A stretch of 64,000 bases of DNA from NCBI GenBank assembly GCA_036498785.1, contig DASYEW010000047.1, positions 86,008-150,007 of the forward strand. Reading direction: 5' to 3'. The DNA is from Steroidobacteraceae bacterium. Its GTDB lineage: Bacteria; Pseudomonadota; Gammaproteobacteria; Steroidobacterales; Steroidobacteraceae. Of this stretch, positions 8,598 through 17,903 are shown in pieces; the stretch's first letter is position 1; each line of letters begins with the position of its first letter. Made by a program: the position numbers and the translations under genes. The notes beneath the pieces were generated by a model. It worked only from the letters and a program-made list of their open reading frames with translations. It had not been told where the DNA came from and did not search any database.

Positions 8598-11234
8598 ATG
8601 CGTTGTATCCGGACTGCAAGTCTCACCCTCGCGCTGCTGGCAAGCGCGGCATTTTTACCGGCTTTTGCGTCGGCAGCGACTGAGAACGCAACCACGCAGT
8701 TGCCGCGCACCGTCCGGCCCACTCATTACGACATCGCGCTCACTCCCAATGCCCGGGCGCTGACGTTTGCCGGGAAGGTGTCGATAACGCTCGAGGTCCT
8801 GCAGTCCACACCCGCCATTACGCTGAATGCGTTCGAACTTACCTTTCAGTCGGCCCGCCTGACTGACGCTTCGAACACCAAGTACACCGCGCCGAAAATA
8901 CAGGTCAACGACGCAGATCAGACTGCAACGTTCACCTTCGACAAGAGCCTGGCGCCGGGTAGCTATAAACTTGCCATCGAGTATCGCGGCAAGATCGGCA
9001 CCCAGGCGAATGGCTTGTTCGCGATCGACTACGACACTGTCGCCGGCGGCAAGCGTGCGCTGTACACGCAGTTCGAGAATTCGGATGCGCGACGTGTGAT
9101 CCCCTCGTGGGACGAACCCGCCTACAAGGCGACCTTTACCCTGGAGGCGACCGTACCCGCCGCCGAAATGGCGATCAGCAACATGCCGATCGCGCAACGT
9201 TCCGCGCTGCCCGATGGACGCTCGCTGGTCCGCTTTGCGCAGTCGCCGAAGATGTCCACTTACCTGCTGTTCTTCGGCCTGGGCGAATTCGATCGCGCCA
9301 CCGCGCGTGCGGGCGCGACGGAAGTGGGAGTCGTGACGCAGAAGGGCTCAGCCCCACAGGGCGCCTTCGTACTCCAGTCAGCCCAGGCCATCCTGAGCGA
9401 GTACAACAACTACTTCGCCATTCCCTATCCCCTGCCGAAACTCGACAACATCGCCTCTCCCGGCGGCAGCCAGTTCTTCAGCGCCATGGAGAACTGGGGT
9501 GCGATCTACACGTTCGAAAGCTCGATCCTGCTGAATCCGGCCATTTCCACGCAGGCCGACAAGCAGCGGGCGTTCTCCGTGGCCGCGCACGAGATGGCGC
9601 ATCAGTGGTTCGGCGACCTGGTGACCATGAGCTGGTGGGACGACCTGTGGCTCAATGAAGGCTTTGCGACATGGATGGCCGGTCGCACGACCACACTGAT
9701 GCACCCCGAATGGAACACCGCACTCGCTGCGGTTCCGGAACGCGACGGCGCGATGATTCGCGATTCCCTGGCCACCACGCATCCAGTGGTTCAGCACGTG
9801 CAGACCGTCGAGCAGGCGAGCCAGGCGTTCGATTCGATTACTTATGAAAAAGGCGCGGCCGTCATTCGCATGCTCGAAGGTTACGTGGGCGCGGACGCCT
9901 GGCGCGCTGGAGTGCGGCAGTACCTGAAGAATCACGCTTACGCCAACACGGTCTCCGACGACCTGTGGCGCGAGATCGAAACGGCGGCGAAGAAGCCGGT
10001 TCTGGACATCGCGCATGACTTCACCCTGCTGCCGGGCGTGCCGATGATCACTGTCGGGGAACCCACCTGCGTTGACGGCAAGACCACTCTGCAACTGACG
10101 CAAGGCGAGTTCACGCGGGATCAACCGACCAAGAAGCCGCTCAGGTGGCGCGTGCCGGTCATCGTTCAATCACAAGGCAACGCGGCACAGCGGACTGTGG
10201 TTGCGGATGGCAAAGCCGCCATTACCACGCTCGGCTGTGGTCTGGTCATCGTCAATGCCGGCCAAAGCGGTTACTACCGCACGCTCTATACCCCGCGGCA
10301 CTTCGACACAATCAAAGCTTCCTTCGCTGCGCTTGCCGCCATCGATCAGCTTGGACTGCTGACCGATAGCTGGTCGCTCGGCCTGAATGGCCAGCAACCT
10401 ACTTCCGATGTTCTGGACCTGGCCGCCGCGACGCCGGTCCAGGCCGACCCGCAGCTCTGGGGAACCATCGCGGGGGTATTCGACTCGATCAACGATCTAT
10501 ATACGGACACCGGTGCACGACAGGAAGCCTTCCGTAAATTCGCGATCGCCAAGCTGACGCCGGTACTCGCGCGCGTCGGTTGGAATGCACAGCCCGGCGA
10601 ACTTGATACCATCGCCATCCTGCGCAGTGAGCTCATTCGCACACTCAGTGCACTCGACGACCACGTAGTGATCGCCGAAGCGCGGCGACGTTACGCCGCA
10701 TCCAAGACAGATGCTGCCGCGATTCCCGCGGCGTTGCGCAAAACCATCCTTGGCGTGGTAGCACGACATGCCGACGCGGCAACCTGGGACCAGCTGCACG
10801 CCGCAGCGCTGCAAGAAAAGACTCCGCTGATCAAGGACAATCTGTATTCGCTATTGTCCTCCACGCAGGACGAATCGCTTGCGCGCCGCGCGCTCGACCT
10901 GTCCTTGACGGCCGAACCCGGCGCCACCAACAGCGCCCAGATGATTTCCGTTGTCGCCGCGTTGCATCCGGATCTCGCCTTCGACTTCGCAATCGCACAC
11001 ATGGACGCCGTCAACAGCAAGGTCGACGTCACCTCGCGCAGCGGCTACTACCCAAGTCTTGCGGCCGGTTCTCTCGACGCGGCGATGATCCGCAAAGTGA
11101 ATTCGTACGCAGAAGCCAATCTCGCGGAAAGCTCGCGCCGCGATGCGCAGACCGAGGTCGCGCGCATCGCCTACCGCATCAAAGTCCGTAACGAGCGTCT
11201 ACCCGAAATAGACACGTGGCTGGCGGGCAAATGA
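8598..11234 (+). CDS. pepN: M1-family aminopeptidase N (secreted)
   Basis: Exopeptidase motif SAMENWGA. Zinc site HEMAHQWFGDLVTMSWWDDLWLNE (HEXXH-18-E). Signal MRCIRTASLTLALLASAAFLPAFASA. AAGAGG SD precedes ATG 8598. Confidence 0.9.
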   Translation: MRCIRTASLTLALLASAAFLPAFASAATENATTQLPRTVRPTHYDIALTPNARALTFAGKVSITLEVLQSTPAITLNAFELTFQSARLTDASNTKYTAPKIQVNDADQTATFTFDKSLAPGSYKLAIEYRGKIGTQANGLFAIDYDTVAGGKRALYTQFENSDARRVIPSWDEPAYKATFTLEATVPAAEMAISNMPIAQRSALPDGRSLVRFAQSPKMSTYLLFFGLGEFDRATARAGATEVGVVTQKGSAPQGAFVLQSAQAILSEYNNYFAIPYPLPKLDNIASPGGSQFFSAMENWGAIYTFESSILLNPAISTQADKQRAFSVAAHEMAHQWFGDLVTMSWWDDLWLNEGFATWMAGRTTTLMHPEWNTALAAVPERDGAMIRDSLATTHPVVQHVQTVEQASQAFDSITYEKGAAVIRMLEGYVGADAWRAGVRQYLKNHAYANTVSDDLWREIETAAKKPVLDIAHDFTLLPGVPMITVGEPTCVDGKTTLQLTQGEFTRDQPTKKPLRWRVPVIVQSQGNAAQRTVVADGKAAITTLGCGLVIVNAGQSGYYRTLYTPRHFDTIKASFAALAAIDQLGLLTDSWSLGLNGQQPTSDVLDLAAATPVQADPQLWGTIAGVFDSINDLYTDTGARQEAFRKFAIAKLTPVLARVGWNAQPGELDTIAILRSELIRTLSALDDHVVIAEARRRYAASKTDAAAIPAALRKTILGVVARHADAATWDQLHAAALQEKTPLIKDNLYSLLSSTQDESLARRALDLSLTAEPGATNSAQMISVVAALHPDLAFDFAIAHMDAVNSKVDVTSRSGYYPSLAAGSLDAAMIRKVNSYAEANLAESSRRDAQTEVARIAYRIKVRNERLPEIDTWLAGK

Positions 11235-11268
11235 ACCGTCGTAGATTCTCTGCAGAACGGGCGCTTGT

Positions 11269-11649
11269 ATGGAATTTCTGATCGTTTTCCTGGGTGGCGG
11301 CCTGGGTTCCGCCGGCCGGCACGGTACCAACCTGCTGGCTGCGCGCCTGTTCGGAGTCGCCTATCCCGTCGGTACTCTGTGCATCAACGTACTGGGTTCG
11401 TTCCTGATGGGCGTCGTGGTCGAATATTTCGCCCTGAAAAGCGGCCTGTCGCAGCAGCTGCGACTGTTCCTGGCGACCGGAATACTCGGCGGATTCACCA
11501 CCTTCTCGACCTTTTCCCTCGAAGCCGCTTTGCTCAACAGCCGCGGCGAACCCGGCGCTGCGGTGCTCTACATCGCAGCATCGATCGTCCTGGGCGTTGG
11601 CGCCCTCTATCTGGGATTGGCAGCGGTTCGGCTCGCGCTGCACGCATAG
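11269..11649 (+). CDS. crcB: Fluoride efflux channel CrcB/FluC
   Basis: 126-aa four-TM protein with GGGLGSAGRH, CINVLGSFLMG and GILGGFTTFSTFS motifs. Confidence 0.9.
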   Translation: MEFLIVFLGGGLGSAGRHGTNLLAARLFGVAYPVGTLCINVLGSFLMGVVVEYFALKSGLSQQLRLFLATGILGGFTTFSTFSLEAALLNSRGEPGAAVLYIAASIVLGVGALYLGLAAVRLALHA

Positions 11650-11719
11650 CTCTCAAGCACACCGCTGGAACGAGCGAACGGGTCTACAATCCCGCCATCC
11701 CGATCAAGCGGTCCGTGCC

Positions 11720-12883
11720 ATGAACTCCGAAATCGAACCGTTTCATGCCATTGCCATCAGCCACCTGGCCCACGAGTTGCGGGCGCAGGGTCGTTCGATC
11801 ATCCACATGGAGTTCGGGCAGCCTTCGACCGGCGCGCCCCGGGCCGCTATTGCCGTTGCGCATCAGGTGCTCGATACGGACGGCATGGGTTACTGGGAAA
11901 GCCCGGCACTGAAGGCGCGGCTCGCGCGCCACTACGATGAGACTTATGGCATCAAGGTCGGTGCCGACCAGTTCATCCTCACCTGCGGAGCTTCGCCCGC
12001 TTTAGTGCTGGCGCTGGCTTCGAGTTTTTCCGCCGGCGATCGCGTTGCGCTGGCCCGGCCCGGCTACGTCGCCTATCGCAATACGCTGAAGGCCCTGCAC
12101 CTGGTGCCCGATGAAATCCGCTGCGGCCCTGAAACCCGCTTTCAGTTGACCGCCGCGAGTCTGGCAGCCCTCGATCCCGCGCCCCAGGGCGTGATCATCG
12201 CGAGCCCGGCAAACCCGACCGGCACGATCATCGACACCGAAGAACTGCGTGCAATTGCGCGCGTGTGCGCGGATCGGCGGATCCGCATTGTCTCGGACGA
12301 GATCTACCACGGCCTGAGTTACGTCGGCCCGGCGCACTGCATGCTTGAGTTCGACCCCACCGCGCTGGTCGTCAACAGCTTCTCGAAATACTTCAGCATG
12401 GTCGGCTGGCGCCTGGGATGGCTGCTAGTTCCGCGACAACATATTGCGCGGGCGCGGGCCTACATGGGCAATCTGTTCTTGACCGCACCTTCACTGAGCC
12501 AGCACGCCGGGTTGGTGGCACTGGACTGCCGCGACGAGCTGGAAGGTCATGTCGCCACCTATGCGCGCAATCGAGAGTTGCTGCTGGCTGCCCTACCCCG
12601 CCTCGGCCTGAACGCCATCGCTCCACCGGACGGCGCGTTCTACATCTACGCGAACATCGAGCACCTGACCGACGACAGCCTGGAATTCTGCAAGTCCCTG
12701 CTGCGGGATACCGGAGTGGCAACTGCGCCCGGCATCGATTTCGATCCGGTCGACGGCCGTCACTTCATTCGCATGAGCTTCGCGGTGTCGACGGCGCAGG
12801 TCGAAGACGCGATCGCGCGAATGACAGCGTGGTTTGCCCAGCGTTCTAGCGCGGCAGCGTCGCCTCGAACAGCGCGAGCATAG
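11720..12883 (+). CDS. Pyridoxal-phosphate-dependent aminotransferase (class I/II)
   Basis: PANPTG, SDEIYHGL, and the PLP-lysine motif NSFSKYFSMVGWRLGW. Start taken at MNSEIEPF inside ORF 11597..12883. Confidence 0.85.
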   Translation: MNSEIEPFHAIAISHLAHELRAQGRSIIHMEFGQPSTGAPRAAIAVAHQVLDTDGMGYWESPALKARLARHYDETYGIKVGADQFILTCGASPALVLALASSFSAGDRVALARPGYVAYRNTLKALHLVPDEIRCGPETRFQLTAASLAALDPAPQGVIIASPANPTGTIIDTEELRAIARVCADRRIRIVSDEIYHGLSYVGPAHCMLEFDPTALVVNSFSKYFSMVGWRLGWLLVPRQHIARARAYMGNLFLTAPSLSQHAGLVALDCRDELEGHVATYARNRELLLAALPRLGLNAIAPPDGAFYIYANIEHLTDDSLEFCKSLLRDTGVATAPGIDFDPVDGRHFIRMSFAVSTAQVEDAIARMTAWFAQRSSAAASPRTARA

Positions 12884-13583
12884 TCTGCCAATGTCGCTCG
12901 GCTGCGGCGGCATCGTAAACCGGCGTATCGCGAAACACCCAGCCATGCTTGGCTGGATAGGTTTCGATCTGGTGGTCCACGCCGGCACCGCTCAAAGCCT
13001 GCTCCAGCCGTTCTTTCATGTCATCGGGGAATGACGCGTCTTCGATCGCGCCGCCGATGTAGACGCGCGATTTCATTTTCGGCGCGAGCCGGTGCGGACT
13101 CTCCGGCGCATCGGTCGCGAGCCGTCCGCCGTGATACGAGGCAGTGGCTGCAATACGCTCCGGATACGTTCCCGCGGCGGTCAGCGCCATCAACCCGCCC
13201 ATGCAATAACCCACGTTGCCGATGGCACCCGGCTGCACCTCGGGCTGCGCCGCAAGGTGATCGAGAAAGGCCTGCGTATCCGCCATGACGTTGGCTTGTG
13301 TGGCCAGCGCGAAGTATTTCTCCATCAGGATCTTGCGTTTGTCGGGGTCGCTGAAGACCACGTGTGGATCCATCGGTGCGTAGGGCCCGGAGCGGTAAAA
13401 CAGATCCGGCAGCAGCACGTAGTAGCCGTACGTTGCGAGCCGTTCGCCGATCTCGAGCATGGCCGGACGAATGCCGATCCCGTCCATGAAGACCAGCACG
13501 GCCGGCCACGGACCGCCCGTCGTCGGCCGAAATACGTAACTGGGGCAAACCCCATCGCGGGTGTTGATTTCGATTTTGTTCAT
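12846..13583 (-). CDS. Dienelactone hydrolase family protein
   Basis: MNKIEINTRDG..., PAVLVFMDGIGIRP, and nucleophile motif GYCMGG. The 3' end overlaps the convergent aminotransferase by 38 bp. Confidence 0.8.
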   Translation of the reverse strand: MNKIEINTRDGVCPSYVFRPTTGGPWPAVLVFMDGIGIRPAMLEIGERLATYGYYVLLPDLFYRSGPYAPMDPHVVFSDPDKRKILMEKYFALATQANVMADTQAFLDHLAAQPEVQPGAIGNVGYCMGGLMALTAAGTYPERIAATASYHGGRLATDAPESPHRLAPKMKSRVYIGGAIEDASFPDDMKERLEQALSGAGVDHQIETYPAKHGWVFRDTPVYDAAAAERHWQTMLALFEATLPR

Positions 13584-13681
13584 GAAAAAGCCCTGACCAT
13601 GCAGCAACCCAGGCGCCATCGATCGGACTTGCCCGGGCGGAATCGGTAAGTATGCGAACACCTGGCCGTCCCGGTAATTAA

Positions 13682-14029
13682 TTACGTTTTACCTCGCGCG
13701 CGAAAGCTCCGGAAAACGAACACGCTCGACCCTGCAGCGAACAGGACCATGCAGAGGCCGGGAAACAGACTGATCGCACCCTGCAGTGCGGTGTCGTAGG
13801 GCCCGTTGCGTCGGAAGACACTCCACGTGTACCACAGCCACGGAAAGACGAAGCCACTGGCGAGGATATAGACGCAGTATTGCGACCAGGACTTACGCAG
13901 CCACAAGCCGCCGGCGGCTGCGAAGGCGAGCACTGCGCAGACCAGGGCTAGATAATTCTGACCGCCCATCCCCTGATCCAGCGCATAGCCTCCATACAGC
14001 GCGAGCAGGATTGCAATCGTTTTGAGCAT
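13682..14029 (-). CDS. Hypothetical small integral membrane protein (about 4 TM)
   Basis: MLKTIAILLALYGGYALDQ..., with hydrophobic helices throughout. No recognisable family. Confidence 0.5.
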   Translation of the reverse strand: MLKTIAILLALYGGYALDQGMGGQNYLALVCAVLAFAAAGGLWLRKSWSQYCVYILASGFVFPWLWYTWSVFRRNGPYDTALQGAISLFPGLCMVLFAAGSSVFVFRSFRARGKT

Positions 14030-14148
14030 CGGTTTTCCGCTAGGTGATGGCAGTACTGTCGTGGGTGTGTAAGCCTTGCTGGCAGGTGACACTGCGCTGC
14101 AGGGGTTCCGGCGGACGCAGGGTCGACCATGCCATCAGGATATTCAGA

Positions 14149-15222
14149 ATGAGCAAAGCCCGCACTTACAGAATCGCCGTCATCCCGGGTGACGGCATCG
14201 GCAAGGAAGTGGTCCCGGAAGGATTACGCGTGCTGCAGGCGATAGCGGCGCGCCATGGCTGCAATTTCGAATTTGATCATTTCGATTTCGCATCCTGCGA
14301 ATACTACCTGCGCCACGGCGCGATGATGCCGCCGGACTGGAAGACGCAGATCGGCGGACACGACGCCATCTTTTTCGGTGCGGTGGGTTGGCCGGCAACG
14401 GTGCCCGATCACATCTCGTTGTGGGGCTCGCTCATCCAGTTCAGGCGCGAGTTCGATCAGTACGTCAACCTGCGCCCCGTCAAACTGATGCCCGGCGTGC
14501 CCTGCCCGCTGGCTGGCCGCAAACCCGGCGACATCGATTTTTACGTCGTGCGCGAGAATACCGAAGGCGAATACTCATCCATCGGCGGGCGCATGTTTCC
14601 CGGCACGCAGCGTGAGATCGTGATGCAGGAAACCGTGATGACGCGCGTCGGCGTCGATCGCATCCTGAAATTCGCCTTCGAGCTGGCGCAGCGGCGCGGC
14701 AAGAAACACCTGACCTCGGCCACCAAATCCAACGGCATATCGATCACCATGCCGTACTGGGACGAACGCGTCGAGGCGGTAGCAGCCGACTTCCCTAGCG
14801 TGCGCTGCGACAAGTATCACATCGACATCCTCACGGCCCATTTCGTCCAGCACCCCGACTGGTTCGACGTGGTCGTTGCCTCCAACCTCTTCGGGGACAT
14901 CCTGTCGGATCTCGGGCCGGCCTGCACCGGAACGATTGGCATCGCACCGGCCGGCAACATCAATCCCGAACGAACCTTCCCATCGCTGTTCGAGCCGGTG
15001 CACGGCTCCGCGCCGGACATTGCCGGGCAAGGTATTGCCAACCCGGTCGGCCAGATCTGGTCGGCTGCCCTGATGCTCGACCATCTGGGCGAGCCTGAAG
15101 CGGCAGCGGCAATCGTGTCGGCCATCGAGCGCGTGCTGGCCGAGCCGCAGCTTCGAACCCGCGACCTGGGAGGACCGCTCGGCACGGCCGCCTGCGGCCA
15201 GGCAATCGCTGCCGCGATCTGA
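14149..15222 (+). CDS. Tartrate dehydrogenase/decarboxylase (D-malate dehydrogenase; isopropylmalate dehydrogenase family)
   Basis: YRIAVIPGDGIGKEV, VRENTEGEYS and NLFGDILSDL motifs. The length and N-terminus match TtuC-type enzymes rather than LeuB. Confidence 0.8.
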   Translation: MSKARTYRIAVIPGDGIGKEVVPEGLRVLQAIAARHGCNFEFDHFDFASCEYYLRHGAMMPPDWKTQIGGHDAIFFGAVGWPATVPDHISLWGSLIQFRREFDQYVNLRPVKLMPGVPCPLAGRKPGDIDFYVVRENTEGEYSSIGGRMFPGTQREIVMQETVMTRVGVDRILKFAFELAQRRGKKHLTSATKSNGISITMPYWDERVEAVAADFPSVRCDKYHIDILTAHFVQHPDWFDVVVASNLFGDILSDLGPACTGTIGIAPAGNINPERTFPSLFEPVHGSAPDIAGQGIANPVGQIWSAALMLDHLGEPEAAAAIVSAIERVLAEPQLRTRDLGGPLGTAACGQAIAAAI

Positions 15223-15383
15223 AGCGATGGGTCTGGCCGGGCCGGTTCGAGCATGCGTTCCGGGCCAGTTGTAACAAATCCTTGCCGCCAGCACCGCAGC
15301 GCTTGCGGCCTTGCAACCAGGAGCCCTCATCCCGCATTTAAGCTAGGTGGCGTACGCTCAAACGCAATCCTGAGGAAATGCCC

Positions 15384-15749
15384 ATGAACAGGGATCGCTT
15401 CCTACAGCACCGTGAGGTCCACCGGAGGTGTTGCAGAGACACCGGCTTCGCTGTCCTGCTATCGATGATGGCTCTCGGACACAGCGTCGTTGCAAACGCC
15501 GCATCTGCGCAGTGCGTCATGCGGGTGACGGTTGAAGTAACGCCCGACGTTCCGGACGTACGCGACGACGGATTCCTGAGTTCGCTGCTGAGCAACTATG
15601 CCGACTATCGACTCAGCCTGCGACAGGAGAGCGACGATTCCACGATCATCCTGGAGCTTACCGGGCCGGGCCCCGCTGATCGCTGTCAGGAAGTGATCGA
15701 AGCGATCCGCAGGGACTCGCGCGTCGTATCGGTACAGGTGGTTGGATGA
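15384..15749 (+). CDS. Hypothetical secreted protein
   Basis: Signal-like FAVLLSMMALGHSVVANA and two Cys residues. A GAGGA SD lies 7 nt before ATG 15384. No family recognised. Confidence 0.4.
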   Translation: MNRDRFLQHREVHRRCCRDTGFAVLLSMMALGHSVVANAASAQCVMRVTVEVTPDVPDVRDDGFLSSLLSNYADYRLSLRQESDDSTIILELTGPGPADRCQEVIEAIRRDSRVVSVQVVG

Positions 15750-15801
15750 GATGCCCCGATGAGAATGCGCGTATGCGAATGCTTGGGAGCGACCAAGCCC
15801 G

Positions 15802-16248
15802 CTAGCCCGGCTGCGTGCCTTCTGGAATCAGCGCGAACCAGTGGATGCCCAACGCCGCGGCAAGATCCTGCAGAAAAGCAATCGGCAGTTCGGCAGCTAC
15901 CCTGATCGGGGACTGCAGGAATTCCTCCAACCCCCAGCCAATCTGTTCCTCGAATTCCTGCATCGATATGCCCTGCTGCGCGACCTGCGCCTCGATGCGC
16001 GATGGTAGCTCGAGCAACGCAATGCTCTCGACGGTGGAACTGTCAGCGCCCAGCAGATCCTGCAATCGCACGCTCAGCAACGACGCCAGTTCGATGGCCT
16101 GAAACAGCGTCAGAGTCGCCGCCAGTTCAGCGTCGTTCTGTTCCAGGTCCTGGTACCAGGCATCGTTCAGACCCAGCCGTTCTGCGACTTGGCGCGCGGA
16201 CATGCCGGCGCGGACACGGCCGGTCCGGATTCTCTCTGCTGTACCCAT
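15802..16248 (-). CDS. XRE-family helix-turn-helix protein with uncharacterised C-terminal domain
   Basis: N-terminal HTH IRTGRVRAGMSARQVAERLGLNDAWYQDLE, followed by an acidic C-terminal ~80 aa. Confidence 0.7.
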   Translation of the reverse strand: MGTAERIRTGRVRAGMSARQVAERLGLNDAWYQDLEQNDAELAATLTLFQAIELASLLSVRLQDLLGADSSTVESIALLELPSRIEAQVAQQGISMQEFEEQIGWGLEEFLQSPIRVAAELPIAFLQDLAAALGIHWFALIPEGTQPG

Positions 16249-16258
16249 GCGAGGTGAG

Positions 16259-16429
16259 CTACGTATCGGATTGGGCGTTGTGCGACTTGGGCCAGGTGGC
16301 CAGCAACACCGCAGCCGCCAATGCCGGAAACAGAAACATCGCGAGCGTCGTAGATTCCACGTCAGTCGCCATCACAACGATGGCGACTGTCCAGAGAATG
16401 GCGTTCGCCAGAAAGTAGCGGTGGTTCAT
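16259..16429 (-). CDS. Hypothetical 56-aa two-TM membrane protein
   Basis: MNHRYFLANAILWTVAIVVMATD...MFLFPALAAAVLLATWP. Its stop lies 10 nt before the HTH gene start, so they are probably co-transcribed. Confidence 0.4.
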   Translation of the reverse strand: MNHRYFLANAILWTVAIVVMATDVESTTLAMFLFPALAAAVLLATWPKSHNAQSDT

Positions 16430-16518
16430 GAGCCTTCCCTTCCAATCAAGCGATGACACTCACCCGCGAGGCCCACCATGACGACCAGAATGTGGCGACA
16501 AGGTCATCGCCAGAGGAC

Positions 16519-17586
16519 TCAGGGTGATAGGGGCGATAGGGATGCAGCGTACGCCGCCGCGTCGATCATGTCCCCCATATGCAGCGGTGCAACCACGGCC
16601 AGCATCGGCTTTGCGGTCTCACCCGCCCGGGCGCCGGTTTGAAATGCGAGCAGCTGTCTCAGTATGTAGGTTGGCGAACGCCCCGCGAGCGGCGGTACCA
16701 GACCGACTCCCTGCAATTTGTCGCCGTGACACGCGACGCAAGCGAGTGCATTGCTGCCAACTGTCGTCGCCATCGCACGGCCGCGACTCACACTGCCGGG
16801 TGGGACATAAGCGGTGTACCGCAATTCGTCGTCGCGCTTCTCGTGCCGCTCTCCATCCGGCGCGACCTCAATCACGCGTTCTCCGATAGGCTCGTCTGCC
16901 GCGCCCGGTATCGCCACGTAGACGTAGCCCACGACCGTAGTGCGCGGCACTGTCGCGCTCTCGAAAACCTTCACCCGCGGCCTGAGAGTCTGATGCGAGA
17001 AGTATTCAGCAGCCGCTGCAACCTCCTCCGAGTTCGCCGCTGCGGCCAGTTTCGCCATGCCCGCCGCAGGGCCGTAAGTGGCGGAAGCGCTGTGACGGAC
17101 ACCCGCTTTGAAGTACGCCATTTGTTGAACGATGTAAGCGGCCGGCAATTGCGCGAGAGAGGCATTCTCAGGACGCCCCTGGCCGCTCGGCGAATGGCAG
17201 TAGCCACACGCGAATACTTCCGGCGCCCGCCCATGCGCCACAATTTCCGGCATGGCGGGATGCGAGTGCGGTCGCCAGTCCGGCGCCGAGAACTTGTTCT
17301 CGAGCTGGGCCTGAGTCAGCCCGACGCTGCTGTTCGGTACATGTAATGGCTCAGTAGAGACCGCCGCGGCAGGCTTGCCGGACGCAGCTGGCACTATTGG
17401 AAACATCCACGCCGGAACCTGCGATCGGCTGTCGCCCCCAACGCTGTCCGCAGCAACAGGCGCAAGTGGCGCGATGCACGCTCCGACATAAACCAAGAGC
17501 CGAGCGCTCGTCGCGACCAGTCGGAAACCGGTGAGACCCATCGATTTCAGGTTGCGTTTCGCACGCACACATCCGCCGGTAGCCAT
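16519..17586 (-). CDS. Di-haem c-type cytochrome (secreted)
   Basis: Two haem-binding motifs, CGYCH and CVACH. Signal-like LLVYVGACIAPLAPVAA. Start uncertain (17586, 17541 or 17607). Confidence 0.8.
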   Translation of the reverse strand: MATGGCVRAKRNLKSMGLTGFRLVATSARLLVYVGACIAPLAPVAADSVGGDSRSQVPAWMFPIVPAASGKPAAAVSTEPLHVPNSSVGLTQAQLENKFSAPDWRPHSHPAMPEIVAHGRAPEVFACGYCHSPSGQGRPENASLAQLPAAYIVQQMAYFKAGVRHSASATYGPAAGMAKLAAAANSEEVAAAAEYFSHQTLRPRVKVFESATVPRTTVVGYVYVAIPGAADEPIGERVIEVAPDGERHEKRDDELRYTAYVPPGSVSRGRAMATTVGSNALACVACHGDKLQGVGLVPPLAGRSPTYILRQLLAFQTGARAGETAKPMLAVVAPLHMGDMIDAAAYAASLSPLSP

Positions 17587-17804
17587 TTTCAAGTTCTTCA
17601 CCTTCAAGTTGGTTTTCTGCCCGGGCAGCGCAATCCCGGGTTGGTGTTGGCGCAGTATAGATTAGTGGAGCGTTTGAAACATCGTGGGGCAAACCGCAAT
17701 TTCACCGCACCACTAGTGCCCAAATCGTCAACAGCCACCATGCCTGTGCCAGTATTCGCCAGGCCCGTATTCGAGTGAGCAACCGGTTTGTCTGCGGTAC
17801 TACT

Positions 17805-17829
17805 GAAAAACGCCCTGCGGGTTTTTTCT
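17805..17829. terminator. Orphan bidirectional terminator-like element between divergent genes
   Basis: GAAAAACGCCCTGCGGGTTTTTTC: an A5 run, a CCC/GGG core stem with a 3-nt loop, and a T6 run. The stem is short, so this call is tentative. Confidence 0.4.
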
Positions 17830-17903
17830 CTGACGCCTATCCATGCGCGGTAAGCTCTTCTTGCTGACACGCGCGTTCACTCGTTCTCGACCAAGGAGCT
17901 ATC

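Noticed and set aside
11235-11268. Fluoride riboswitch expected upstream of crcB.
   Set aside because: Only 34 nt separate pepN and crcB. I could not find the conserved crcB-motif elements, so crcB is probably read through from pepN or uses another arrangement.
12846-12883. 38-bp overlap between the convergent aminotransferase and dienelactone hydrolase 3' ends.
   Set aside because: Both reading frames are well supported up to their stops. Convergent 3' overlaps of this size occur in compact GC-rich genomes, and there is no evidence of special function.
13674-13685. Perfect 12-bp palindrome GTAATTAATTAC overlapping the stop of the small membrane protein gene, upstream of the hydrolase gene.
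   Set aside because: It is a real palindrome, but short and AT-only, and could arise by chance around a TAA stop. There is no second copy or partner regulator in the window.
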